Assembly: GCA_964437945.1 (NCBI GenBank)
Contig: CAYTJF010000001.1
Span: 1,658 to 65,657, forward strand
From: an uncultured Granulosicoccaceae bacterium
GTDB lineage: Bacteria; Pseudomonadota; Gammaproteobacteria; Granulosicoccales; Granulosicoccaceae
Direction: 5' to 3'
DNA length: 64,000 nt
Under the pieces are notes generated by a model, which saw nothing but the letters and a program-made list of their open reading frames with translations, was not told the origin of the DNA and searched no databases. Shown piece by piece: positions 31,499-39,938 of this stretch. Numbering within the stretch: position 1 is the stretch's first letter; every line of letters begins with the position of its first letter. A program made the translations under genes and the position numbers.

Positions 31499-31888
31499 AT
31501 GTGGCGCGGAAAAACATTTATTAGTACAACTGTTTTCTGCTTATGGATAGCGCTGTTTTCACAGCCTGCTTTTTCGACATCTGCTCAACTGATAATGGTC
31601 GAGGAAACGCACTGCCCATTCTGTGCTCGTTTTAATGCTGAAATTGCACCTGTGTATCCCAAAACAACTGAAGGCAACATTGCACCACTACGCCGAGTCA
31701 GCATTGACGAGGGTTGGCCGGATGATCTTTCGCACATAGAAACTGAATCACTCACGCCCACGTTCATACTCATTCAGGATAATCGCGAACTGGGTAGATT
31801 ATACGGCTACCAGGGTGATGAGTTCTTCTGGTTCCTACTAGGCGAATTGTTTGAAAAGCTGGAACCAGTTACGGATAAGGCAAATTAA
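31499..31888 (+). CDS. SoxS-like periplasmic thioredoxin
   Basis: LIMVE..HCPFC..F..EIAP.YPKT.EG..APLRR, TPTF and GY.GDEFFW. The start is moved to the ATG at 31499, where a signal peptide begins. Confidence 0.75.
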   Translation: MWRGKTFISTTVFCLWIALFSQPAFSTSAQLIMVEETHCPFCARFNAEIAPVYPKTTEGNIAPLRRVSIDEGWPDDLSHIETESLTPTFILIQDNRELGRLYGYQGDEFFWFLLGELFEKLEPVTDKAN

Positions 31889-31961
31889 TATCGATGTTAA
31901 TCTCCTTACCGTAACCCTCGCATTATCGAACAAACATCGTAAGTTTGTAACCAATGTCTGT

Positions 31962-32429
31962 TTATAACCATCGTCGAACCTGGTGTTTGTATTCGGTGTA
32001 TTGCTCACCAAACAGTTCAGCTAGCACCTGCTCTTCTGGTTTGATTTGAAACTGCGTCAGGTACCAGACAAAAACAAACAGCATAGGCACACCAACTGGA
32101 TTGCCAATCCAGAAAGCCCAACCGATAAGCAGCAACAGCATGCCAAGATACATCGGGTTACGGGTAAGTTTATACATGCCAGTTGCTACTAAAGCCTGGC
32201 TTCTCTCCGGCTTTAACGGATTAACGGTGGTTTTAGCTCGAAAGAATAACCAAACCGACCAGACCTCAATAACAACACCAACACAGAAAAAAAGGCAAGC
32301 TGATAACTTGAATGCGTCGAGTTCAATTTTTAGTGACGGTGCGAGCTTATCCAGTAGATATATTGTTAGACCAATGGTCAATCCCACCACCGGTGGTGGG
32401 ATTTTTAAATTGAGTAAGCTACCTTTCAC
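31962..32429 (-). CDS. Isoprenylcysteine carboxylmethyltransferase (ICMT/PEMT) family membrane protein
   Basis: TTVNP, LV..G.Y..TRNPMYLG and QIKPEE..L...FG..Y..Y...VRRWL. Confidence 0.88.
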   Translation of the reverse strand: MKGSLLNLKIPPPVVGLTIGLTIYLLDKLAPSLKIELDAFKLSACLFFCVGVVIEVWSVWLFFRAKTTVNPLKPERSQALVATGMYKLTRNPMYLGMLLLLIGWAFWIGNPVGVPMLFVFVWYLTQFQIKPEEQVLAELFGEQYTEYKHQVRRWL

Positions 32430-32512
32430 TTTGATTGATTTTTATCTTGTTGGTCTTTATCGAGCTTATTTATACTTTTTTTATTCATGCCTGACCATTC
32501 AATCTAATCGAT

Positions 32513-32962
32513 CTAAGGACGGATGTAAGCATAGCCTTTTTCTTGCAAGTCAACTAGCTGCACTACGCCGGAAGGCACAAGATTGGCTTCATCGATCAGA
32601 ACAATATCCTCACCAGCTTTTTTCTGCATTGCATTGTGCGTATTACCGCAAGCTGAGAAAGTAAGATTTTCAATTTCCAGCGACATGACGGAGATACGAT
32701 CTTTAACGGGTGATGTGTCTGAGCGAAACATATGTAATCCTGGACCATAAGCCACCAGTTCGATCTCTACCGACTCGCCAATTGATTCGTAGTATTTATT
32801 CATATTCGCAACGTTGTTTAATGCCATATTCATACGTGCAGGATCGTTTTCATCAACATGGATAGCAACCTTGTGCATTGCTGTGTCTGCAGCTATGAGT
32901 GTATTGAAAAAAGCGCCTGCGCTGACAATGGTGAGTAAGATAACTGCTATTAGTTTTTTCAT
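32513..32962 (-). CDS. Exported DsrE/DsrF-like protein
   Basis: Signal peptide, ELVAYGPGL, ACGNT and VPSGV..L..LQ.KGYAYIRP. Confidence 0.85.
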   Translation of the reverse strand: MKKLIAVILLTIVSAGAFFNTLIAADTAMHKVAIHVDENDPARMNMALNNVANMNKYYESIGESVEIELVAYGPGLHMFRSDTSPVKDRISVMSLEIENLTFSACGNTHNAMQKKAGEDIVLIDEANLVPSGVVQLVDLQEKGYAYIRP

Positions 32963-33016
32963 GTGTTTCTCCAAATGATTAGACTTGCATAGTGCCAACC
33001 TGAAACAAATCAGCTT

Positions 33017-33691
33017 TTATTCTTCGCTGTTCAGATTGTCAAACATATTTTCTGAAATAGCCAGCACAGCAGCCTGCACTCGCGATTGAACCTTAAGCTT
33101 TTTTAACACCGCTCGGACGTGCAATTTAACCGTACCATCAACGATGCCCAGTGCCGATGCGATGTCTTTATTACTTTGCCCTTGCGCAATATGACGCAAT
33201 ATGTCCATTTCCCGGGGCGTTAAATTGTACGTGTCGGTTACAGACCGGCTCGGTTTTTCATCTTTTGACACTACAGCACGGGCCAGTAAACTGGTTAGAT
33301 CTGGCGCTACCACTGTTTCTCCGTCTTTAGCCTGCTTTAATAGCTGCTCCAGTACATCGATCTCCATGTCTTTTAACAAATAACCCATAGCGCCGATTCT
33401 GAGCGCTTCCATTAAGTCCTGCTCTTCAACGCTTGTGGTTAGTATGACCACACATTGTGTTGGCATAACTTCTTTAATTTTTACCAGCAACTCGAGCCCG
33501 CTCAATTCCTTCATGCGTAAATCCAGCAGCACCACATCGGGCTGCGAATGATTGATCAAATCAATCGCCTCAGTCGGGTTGCCAGACATGCCTACTACAT
33601 TAATATCCCGACTGGTCAGTAATTGCTTTAAACCATTTCGAAACAAGGCATGATCATCAATTATCACAACGCTTAGATTGCTATTGCTCAT
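33017..33691 (-). CDS. NarL/LuxR-family response regulator
   Basis: REC domain (DDH, LLDL, GYLLKD) and LuxR HTH (LTPRE...G.SNKDIA..L.I..GTVK.H). Confidence 0.93.
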   Translation of the reverse strand: MSNSNLSVVIIDDHALFRNGLKQLLTSRDINVVGMSGNPTEAIDLINHSQPDVVLLDLRMKELSGLELLVKIKEVMPTQCVVILTTSVEEQDLMEALRIGAMGYLLKDMEIDVLEQLLKQAKDGETVVAPDLTSLLARAVVSKDEKPSRSVTDTYNLTPREMDILRHIAQGQSNKDIASALGIVDGTVKLHVRAVLKKLKVQSRVQAAVLAISENMFDNLNSEE

Positions 33692-35310
33692 GCAGAGTCT
33701 CTTTGTGGCTCAATTAAAGGTGGCATCGAAATTAACACTCGGGTGCCTTCACCACGCTCTGAATCAATATTCAATCTGGCGCCAATGCTCAGCGCACGCT
33801 CTTGCATAATAGTGAGACCGATTTGTTCACCACTGTCACTTGGTTGGTTAATCACTGCATCATTGGCAACTGACTGATCAAACCCAACGCCATCATCTTC
33901 GATCAGGATACTTCGTACACCCGAAGACTTGATTTTCAGGTAAACACGCACCATTGACGCATCCGCGTATTTGCGCGCATTGTTTAGCGCTTCTCCAATT
34001 ATTCGCTGCAACGCTGATTCCTCTCGCGGGGTAAATCGAATTTGTGGATCGTCTGATTGAAAAAAAACAGACACACCACTGGCTTTACTGAATTGATCTA
34101 TAACCACTTGTAACGAATCGGCATAACGGTGTTCAGCTAGTGGGCTGCGATATTCACGGATTAGGCCGCGTACTTCTTCATTAGCCTCCTCTATGGAACC
34201 GGTTATTTTGAGCACATCATGATAAGTGCTTGCGTCATTTTGCGACTTTAATTTTTCACTCAACAGCGTGGTTTGGTAGCGTATCGCGAGTAAGGTCTGC
34301 GCCAGAGAGTCATGTATTTCAGCAGCCAGCTCATTGCGATCACGACTTAATCGTGCATTCAATACCTGCTTTTGAACACGGTGCTTGCTGCACAACAGAC
34401 TCAGTTGCTCAGATACTGTGGTTAGTACTCGTCTGGTTTCGCTGTGTTCAGTTTGTTCCAGTGATTGTCTTTCAACAATCAGAACCCCTGCCTTTTGGTC
34501 ACCGGCAAAAAAAGGTACCCATACTTCACTGAGCTCTGTTGTGCCGGTGGGTTCAATAGTCGATATTTGCTGTGGAATGTGATCGAGTGTAACAACATCA
34601 GCAAAAACGCTGCCGTCTGTACTGTTTGTTGATGCTGCATTGGCTATATCGCCTACGCTGCTGGTTGCTACGCAACGCAGCTTGCCTTCGCCTGGTACAA
34701 CTTCATAGCAGCTGACCCGCGCCGATTCAAACCACTCTGCCAGATACTTACACACTGTTTCGTATGCTGCTTCATCTTCAGATTCGTTCGACACATCTGA
34801 CGTGAGCTTAAAAAGCAGCTCCAACACCCTTTTTTGCTCACTTAACTTCTTCGTCTGAGATTCGACCAGCGAATCCATATTGTCGGAAAGCCGAAGTAAT
34901 GAGGTAGCAAGATTTGTCGTATGAAAATTGAGCTCTTTGTAGTGACGATGATTTTTATCCAATCCAATTCTTGCATCCAGATCGCCATCACACACTTGTT
35001 GCAGCCACATTCGAAACGCCAGATCGGGTTCAATAAAATGTTGATTGGTGTATTGATAAACAGACCAAAGAGAAATAACGGTAAAAACGATTAAAGCCAG
35101 AACCAAAGCTGCCACTAAAACAACGGTGCCAATCAGAAACGTACCACGCGGGACTGACCATAAAGTAAGGAATACTAATAGTACCAGTAACGTTGTAAAC
35201 CCGATGGCAATATAGGTGCAAAGCAAGCGCAACTGCTTTGACGACGCCAATGCACGCCCATAGGCTGAAATCTCGCCACGTCTGACACGGTAGTCAGGCG
35301 ATGAAGGCAT
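33688..35310 (-). CDS. NarX/UhpB-like (HisKA_3) sensor histidine kinase with TM, HAMP-like and GAF-like segments
   Basis: AEIHDSLAQ, EALNNARKYA, DDGVGF, GL.IMQERA and GTRV. The ORF extension to 35565 lies inside a MITE, so the start is taken as the ATG at 35310. Confidence 0.88.
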   Translation of the reverse strand: MPSSPDYRVRRGEISAYGRALASSKQLRLLCTYIAIGFTTLLVLLVFLTLWSVPRGTFLIGTVVLVAALVLALIVFTVISLWSVYQYTNQHFIEPDLAFRMWLQQVCDGDLDARIGLDKNHRHYKELNFHTTNLATSLLRLSDNMDSLVESQTKKLSEQKRVLELLFKLTSDVSNESEDEAAYETVCKYLAEWFESARVSCYEVVPGEGKLRCVATSSVGDIANAASTNSTDGSVFADVVTLDHIPQQISTIEPTGTTELSEVWVPFFAGDQKAGVLIVERQSLEQTEHSETRRVLTTVSEQLSLLCSKHRVQKQVLNARLSRDRNELAAEIHDSLAQTLLAIRYQTTLLSEKLKSQNDASTYHDVLKITGSIEEANEEVRGLIREYRSPLAEHRYADSLQVVIDQFSKASGVSVFFQSDDPQIRFTPREESALQRIIGEALNNARKYADASMVRVYLKIKSSGVRSILIEDDGVGFDQSVANDAVINQPSDSGEQIGLTIMQERALSIGARLNIDSERGEGTRVLISMPPLIEPQRDSA

Positions 35311-35312
35311 GC

Positions 35313-35580
35313 TAGTGGCCCATCCACATGATACTGTCGGGTTCAGCGTGACTGTCTGCGCTTGCAGCAAGGCGCTCTTTCGAAGGCATAGTTGTTCTAC
35401 GTCGAGAGAGGGCAACGTAGTCTGCGAGCGCAGACAGCCGCGCCCGAAGGGAGCCACAGAGCCATTCCATTGCTGCGTTGCAACTCTTGGCAAGGGAACA
35501 ACCATTGCCTTCGAGCTGCGCCTTGCACTGGAGTGGCTCTGTGGCTCTGAACCCGACAGTATCATGTGGATGGGCCACTA
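35313..35580. mobile_element. Non-autonomous miniature inverted-repeat element (MITE) with TA ends
   Basis: Perfect 34-bp terminal inverted repeats (TAGTGGCCCATCCACATGATACTGTCGGGTTCAG at 35313-35346 and its reverse complement at 35547-35580), two internal stem-loops and no transposase. Confidence 0.88.
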
Positions 35581-35940
35581 CCCATCAGCCTTGTTTGAAT
35601 CGGATGAATCGTTGGCAGTTGTTTCTACAGGAGCGACATAGCTTGGATCGTTTGGGTTTTTAAAAATAAAATGCAAACCGCCTTCGTCGAGTTCAACGTA
35701 ATCCAATTCCGTGCCATTTAGAAGTGCCTGATGATCTTTTGCGATCACAACATCGATACCGCCAGTAGACACCATGGTGTCACCGGGGCCAGCTTCGTCA
35801 AAACCCATTTGGTACTCAAACGACCCATCAGCGATACGCTGTGCAGCAACACGTAGCGGCATATCGTCAAAATCATGATGCTGCATATTTCGCTTTAGCT
35901 CGGCACCGGCCGCTTTGGTTACTTTAAACATGACTCTCAC
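35578..35940 (-). CDS. dsrR: DsrR (IscA/HesB-like, lacking the IscA cysteines)
   Basis: LRVAA....DGS.EYQMGFD, L.GTELDYVE...FIF.NPNDP and position after dsrN. Confidence 0.85.
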   Translation of the reverse strand: MRVMFKVTKAAGAELKRNMQHHDFDDMPLRVAAQRIADGSFEYQMGFDEAGPGDTMVSTGGIDVVIAKDHQALLNGTELDYVELDEGGLHFIFKNPNDPSYVAPVETTANDSSDSNKADG

Positions 35941-35949
35941 ACATGACCA

Positions 35950-37398
35950 TCAAACATGATTATTCGTTTTTACAACATCCTGTTTCGAACTCTGAATAGC
36001 GTTGAGAAACCAGTCTATCCATGGCGTTGCCTCAGTATGGCGAAAATGGGCATAACTGGCAACGACGTTATACACACAAACGCCATCGTGCTGAGAGTCA
36101 ACACCGTGTCCTCGCGTGACCTGATAGGCATAGTTCGGAGGCGTTTGGAAGCTAATTTGCGAATGATGAAATTCGTGCGCGGGAAGGGTTTTCGGAGTAT
36201 CGGTTCCTTGCGCATCTGTGCTGTGAGCATCCATGTGTGCGTGCGACGGATTGTGGGTCAGATTCATATACCCGCGTCCCTGAGCAGCTCGATGCATAGT
36301 AACCGCTCCATCAATCGCTGCCACCATTGGCCAAATCACATTGTCTATCTCTATCGATTGACACAGATACATTAATCCACCGCATTCAGCCCGCACTGGT
36401 AGTCCGGAGGCGATTGCATCGGCTAAACCGGAGCGACACCGTTGATTAGCTGAAAGGGCAACACCATAACGCTCGGGGAACCCACCACCAATTAACACGC
36501 CATCAATATCTAATGGAAACGGATCGCGCAGCGGTGAGAACGGTATCAGGCAGACACCTCGGACACGCAGCATTTCCAGATCATCTTCGTAGTAAAAATG
36601 GAATGCTTCATCCTGTGCAATGGCAATGCGCAACGAATCGCCAGCTTTGATTTTCTTATCAACATGTTTGTTTTCAATCGGCCAATGCGCTTGTCGTGCA
36701 CTGTTATGTTGACACAGTGTGGTTAGATCGCACGACGCCTCGATCAAATTCGCCACCTTGTCGATGTGCTCATTGGCCGTTGGATGTTCCGGTGCCGGTA
36801 CCAATCCGAGTTCTCGTTCATCAACACGCAACTCTAGCACCTCGGGGATGACTCCTACTATTTTCACATCACAGTACTCGTCAATGGCAGATTCAATCTT
36901 ACTGGAGTGACGTGCTGATCTTATGTTGTTAAGCACAACCCCAGAGAAAGATATGTCAGGGTCAAATTCGACGATGCCGTTAATAAGCGAAGCGATAGTG
37001 CGGTGCATTCCGCGACAATCGATCACCAATAAGACTGGCAGACCAAGTGCTTTGGCTATTGCCCCATTGCTGTCTGAGCCGTCGAGCGCTAACCCATCGT
37101 GCAAGCCCATGGTGCCTTCTACCAACATCATCTCATCCAAGTGAGTGCAGTAGGTTTGTAGTAGCTCCTTATCGCTTTGCAAATAGGGGTCGAGGTTGTA
37201 ACACGGATTATAACTGGCGGCTTTCAGCCACAGTGGGTCGATGTAATCAGGACCTTTTTTAAATGTTTGCACGCTAATGTTGCGGCGCGAAATAGCACGT
37301 GCGAGTCCCATACTGAGCATGGATTTGCCACTCGATCGCCATGGCGCAGAAATGAAATGCCCTGCAAAGCCTGTGTCTGGTTGTATTGGCAAGACCAC
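35950..37398 (-). CDS. dsrN: DsrN siroheme amidase (cobyrinate a,c-diamide synthase family)
   Basis: SSGKS P-loop, FKKGPDYID, EGTMGLHDG and glutaminase motifs AECGGLMYL and HEFH. The GTG start overlaps the dsrP stop. Confidence 0.9.
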   Translation of the reverse strand: MVLPIQPDTGFAGHFISAPWRSSGKSMLSMGLARAISRRNISVQTFKKGPDYIDPLWLKAASYNPCYNLDPYLQSDKELLQTYCTHLDEMMLVEGTMGLHDGLALDGSDSNGAIAKALGLPVLLVIDCRGMHRTIASLINGIVEFDPDISFSGVVLNNIRSARHSSKIESAIDEYCDVKIVGVIPEVLELRVDERELGLVPAPEHPTANEHIDKVANLIEASCDLTTLCQHNSARQAHWPIENKHVDKKIKAGDSLRIAIAQDEAFHFYYEDDLEMLRVRGVCLIPFSPLRDPFPLDIDGVLIGGGFPERYGVALSANQRCRSGLADAIASGLPVRAECGGLMYLCQSIEIDNVIWPMVAAIDGAVTMHRAAQGRGYMNLTHNPSHAHMDAHSTDAQGTDTPKTLPAHEFHHSQISFQTPPNYAYQVTRGHGVDSQHDGVCVYNVVASYAHFRHTEATPWIDWFLNAIQSSKQDVVKTNNHV

Positions 37399-38615
37399 TA
37401 ATCTAATCCAGCCGACCCGGCTGACCCTGTCGAGCGGGTTTGCGTTTCCGGTAACAACGGCAGTATTCGCAATAGCGTCAGGCATAGTAGTAACGCCAGG
37501 GCCATACCACCAGCGCCTAGTCCCCATTCCCAAACACTGGGTTGATACGCTGAAAAACCGGCATCACCAAAACGACTTTCGACCACGGTTTTTCCTGGAA
37601 ACAACGTTTGTGGTGTACTTTGCGAACCGATAATTACGACATACAGCAGTGCCATCGCACCAAACAAGGCCAGCAACGCGCTGATGACCAAACGTTTGGT
37701 GTCGTTGACTTTTATCGCGCTAACCGCCAACACCAATAATGGCAGTACTACACCAATCACTATATGCCCTAGCCAGAACACTAAAGATAGTTCGCCGATC
37801 AAGGTGTAACGTTCAACCAGGTGATGCTCGGTTGCATAAAGGTTGGTTAGGTGATGAACAATGGAGAAGTAAACCAAAGACAACAGGAACCACACCTGCA
37901 TTCGACGCAAAGAATGCAACAGTTGATCGCTCAGTACCGGTGAATGCCAGCGATCAAGCATCACTATCACCAATACCAGCACGGCTGTACCCATAACAAG
38001 TGAAAGTGCAATAAACAACGGTGCCAACAACGCAGAATCAAGCGCGTTTCTGCCAACCAGAAATCCGAAAATACAGCCCGTTCCGGTAGTCAATACTATT
38101 CGCCAGGCAAAAGCCACACGACCAGCCACCATAGTATGACGATTAAATCGAGACTCCATCATCATCCATAAATAACACCCGCCTACAACCAGGAAGCCTG
38201 TATACAAAAATATATTCCAGGCAAAGATTGATCGGAAATTGTAGGTTGTCATCGCGACGATCAGCCGATCAGGCCGGCCCAGATCAAGCACCAGCACCAG
38301 CAGGCCACCGACCAGCAAACTCATCGAAAGCGTAACTGATAATCTGGCTACAGGCTTATAATGAGGCAGTCCAAACACAGATGAAAGCGAAGCGCCATTC
38401 AAGGCACCAGAAGCCGCCACGATCAGGGAAACAGCAAAGACATGCGGCAATCCCCAAACAACGTGGTTGTTCATGCCGGTAACAATATGCCCGGCGTGTT
38501 CCACGGTAAGTGCACAATAGCCGCCCAGACCTATCAGCAAGGCACACAGCAGCAGTACCAGCCAATAGCTGAAGGATTGCGGTTTCAGTGTTGCGTAGCG
38601 AGCGTGGTCTATCAC
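37398..38615 (-). CDS. dsrP: DsrP (NrfD/PsrC-like membrane protein)
   Basis: GH.VTGMNN.VVWGLPH, DLGRPDRL, many TM helices and operon position. Confidence 0.93.
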   Translation of the reverse strand: MIDHARYATLKPQSFSYWLVLLLCALLIGLGGYCALTVEHAGHIVTGMNNHVVWGLPHVFAVSLIVAASGALNGASLSSVFGLPHYKPVARLSVTLSMSLLVGGLLVLVLDLGRPDRLIVAMTTYNFRSIFAWNIFLYTGFLVVGGCYLWMMMESRFNRHTMVAGRVAFAWRIVLTTGTGCIFGFLVGRNALDSALLAPLFIALSLVMGTAVLVLVIVMLDRWHSPVLSDQLLHSLRRMQVWFLLSLVYFSIVHHLTNLYATEHHLVERYTLIGELSLVFWLGHIVIGVVLPLLVLAVSAIKVNDTKRLVISALLALFGAMALLYVVIIGSQSTPQTLFPGKTVVESRFGDAGFSAYQPSVWEWGLGAGGMALALLLCLTLLRILPLLPETQTRSTGSAGSAGLD

Positions 38616-39376
38616 AAGCTTGTGTACCGAACGCCGGTGTTCAGACCAAAATCCGGTCGAACCTGCTGAGCCTTTTGCACTGACATGGCTTTGCTGATGT
38701 CACTGTTCGGATCATTTAGATCGCCAAACAGAATGGCACTGTGTGCCTCATCTGTACACGCTACCGCACAGGCTGGCTGCATGTCTTCGTCCGCATCTAT
38801 TCGATGCACGCATAATGTACAACTCTCAACCGTTCCCTGTCCGCGAGGTGCCCAGGATTTTTGGTTGGTTAGGGGTTCGTGAATAAACGATCTGGCTTTA
38901 TACGGACAGGCCATAACGCAATAACGGCAACCTATGCAAGTGTGTTTGTTAACCAACACAACACCATCGGCACGTTTGAACGATGCACCTGTCGGGCAGA
39001 CGTCAACGCAAGGTGCAGAATCACAATGCTGGCACATCATCGGTAAGGAAGACAGTTGCCCGGTTAAATTGTCTTGTAAATCAACTTTACGAATCCACTG
39101 TGCATCAGTGTCATCATTTCCCGTCGATTCAATGCCATGTTCTTCATGACAGCCGCGCACACAAGCATCACACCCCGAGGCACATTTTGAGCTATCGATC
39201 AACAAGCCCCAGCGATGTTTATCGCTTACACCTTTAATTGTCGTTAGCTGGGCATTGCCATCCGCGGGCAGCAACGCTGGTGCTGCGACGGCTGCCACAC
39301 CAAGCACACCTAAACGCTTTAAAAAGTGGCGTCTTGCGATCTGCGCGTTACTCTGATTTGCTGTTGATGAGTTCAT
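38612..39376 (-). CDS. dsrO: DsrO periplasmic 4Fe-4S protein
   Basis: Tat RRHFL, CQHC..APCVDVCPTGAS and CIGCRYC..ACPY. Confidence 0.93.
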   Translation of the reverse strand: MNSSTANQSNAQIARRHFLKRLGVLGVAAVAAPALLPADGNAQLTTIKGVSDKHRWGLLIDSSKCASGCDACVRGCHEEHGIESTGNDDTDAQWIRKVDLQDNLTGQLSSLPMMCQHCDSAPCVDVCPTGASFKRADGVVLVNKHTCIGCRYCVMACPYKARSFIHEPLTNQKSWAPRGQGTVESCTLCVHRIDADEDMQPACAVACTDEAHSAILFGDLNDPNSDISKAMSVQKAQQVRPDFGLNTGVRYTSL

Positions 39377-39935
39377 TACGACCTCGCTCCAAGCTTGAGT
39401 TCAAGGGCGACTGCAACGGAGAGTTCACTGACATAGTCGATGGTGATTTCACCGGTGTTACAAAAGCAGGCTTAAACGCCGGCATCTGTTTGTGGCGTAG
39501 CCAATGCATACTATCGGCGCGATCTGACGCATCATCTGATGTATCATCTAATTCACTAACGTCCGGTACTGCGGCATGACAACCAAAGCAATCAATTTTA
39601 ACCGCAGCATACGCATGACAGCTTGCGCAGAACTGCCCTTCTGCATCCACTCGAACAGGCTCATTGCTGGCGTTTTGTTGTGCATGACAGTCTACGCACT
39701 CAACCAGACTAAACGGTTCATCACGAATGCCACGGATGACCGTTTCGTCGCGCTGATGCACGATCAGGTCCATATGGTTACGACGCATGAAATCGGTATC
39801 AGCAACACAATGGTCGCCTTTACCTTTAGGGATAACTGGGCCAGGATCACCGGCATGACCTGACCAACCCAGACTCAGACCAAGCAATAGCAGCACAGAC
39901 TGAAACAACAGCGGCGATGGCAAAGTAAGCCGCAT
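39348..39935 (-). CDS. dsrJ: DsrJ triheme cytochrome c
   Basis: CV....MRRNHM plus three CxxCH motifs (CVDCH, CASCH, CFGCH). Confidence 0.92.
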   Translation of the reverse strand: MRLTLPSPLLFQSVLLLLGLSLGWSGHAGDPGPVIPKGKGDHCVADTDFMRRNHMDLIVHQRDETVIRGIRDEPFSLVECVDCHAQQNASNEPVRVDAEGQFCASCHAYAAVKIDCFGCHAAVPDVSELDDTSDDASDRADSMHWLRHKQMPAFKPAFVTPVKSPSTMSVNSPLQSPLNSSLERGRNELINSKSE

Positions 39936-39938
39936 TGA

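Noticed and set aside
31962..32429. MddA methanethiol S-methyltransferase
   Set aside because: At 155 aa it is too short for MddA and shows only generic ICMT/PEMT motifs.
35309..35663. ORFs 35309..35641(+), 35312..35578(-), 35478..35663(+) and the kinase extension to 35565
   Set aside because: They run through the palindromic MITE, and the mirrored peptides (AHPHDTVGF / EPDSIMWMGH) simply reflect the TIRs.
37399..37533. N-terminal extension of dsrN in the ORF track
   Set aside because: It overlaps dsrP by 135 nt. A GTG coupled to the dsrP stop at 37398 is more plausible.
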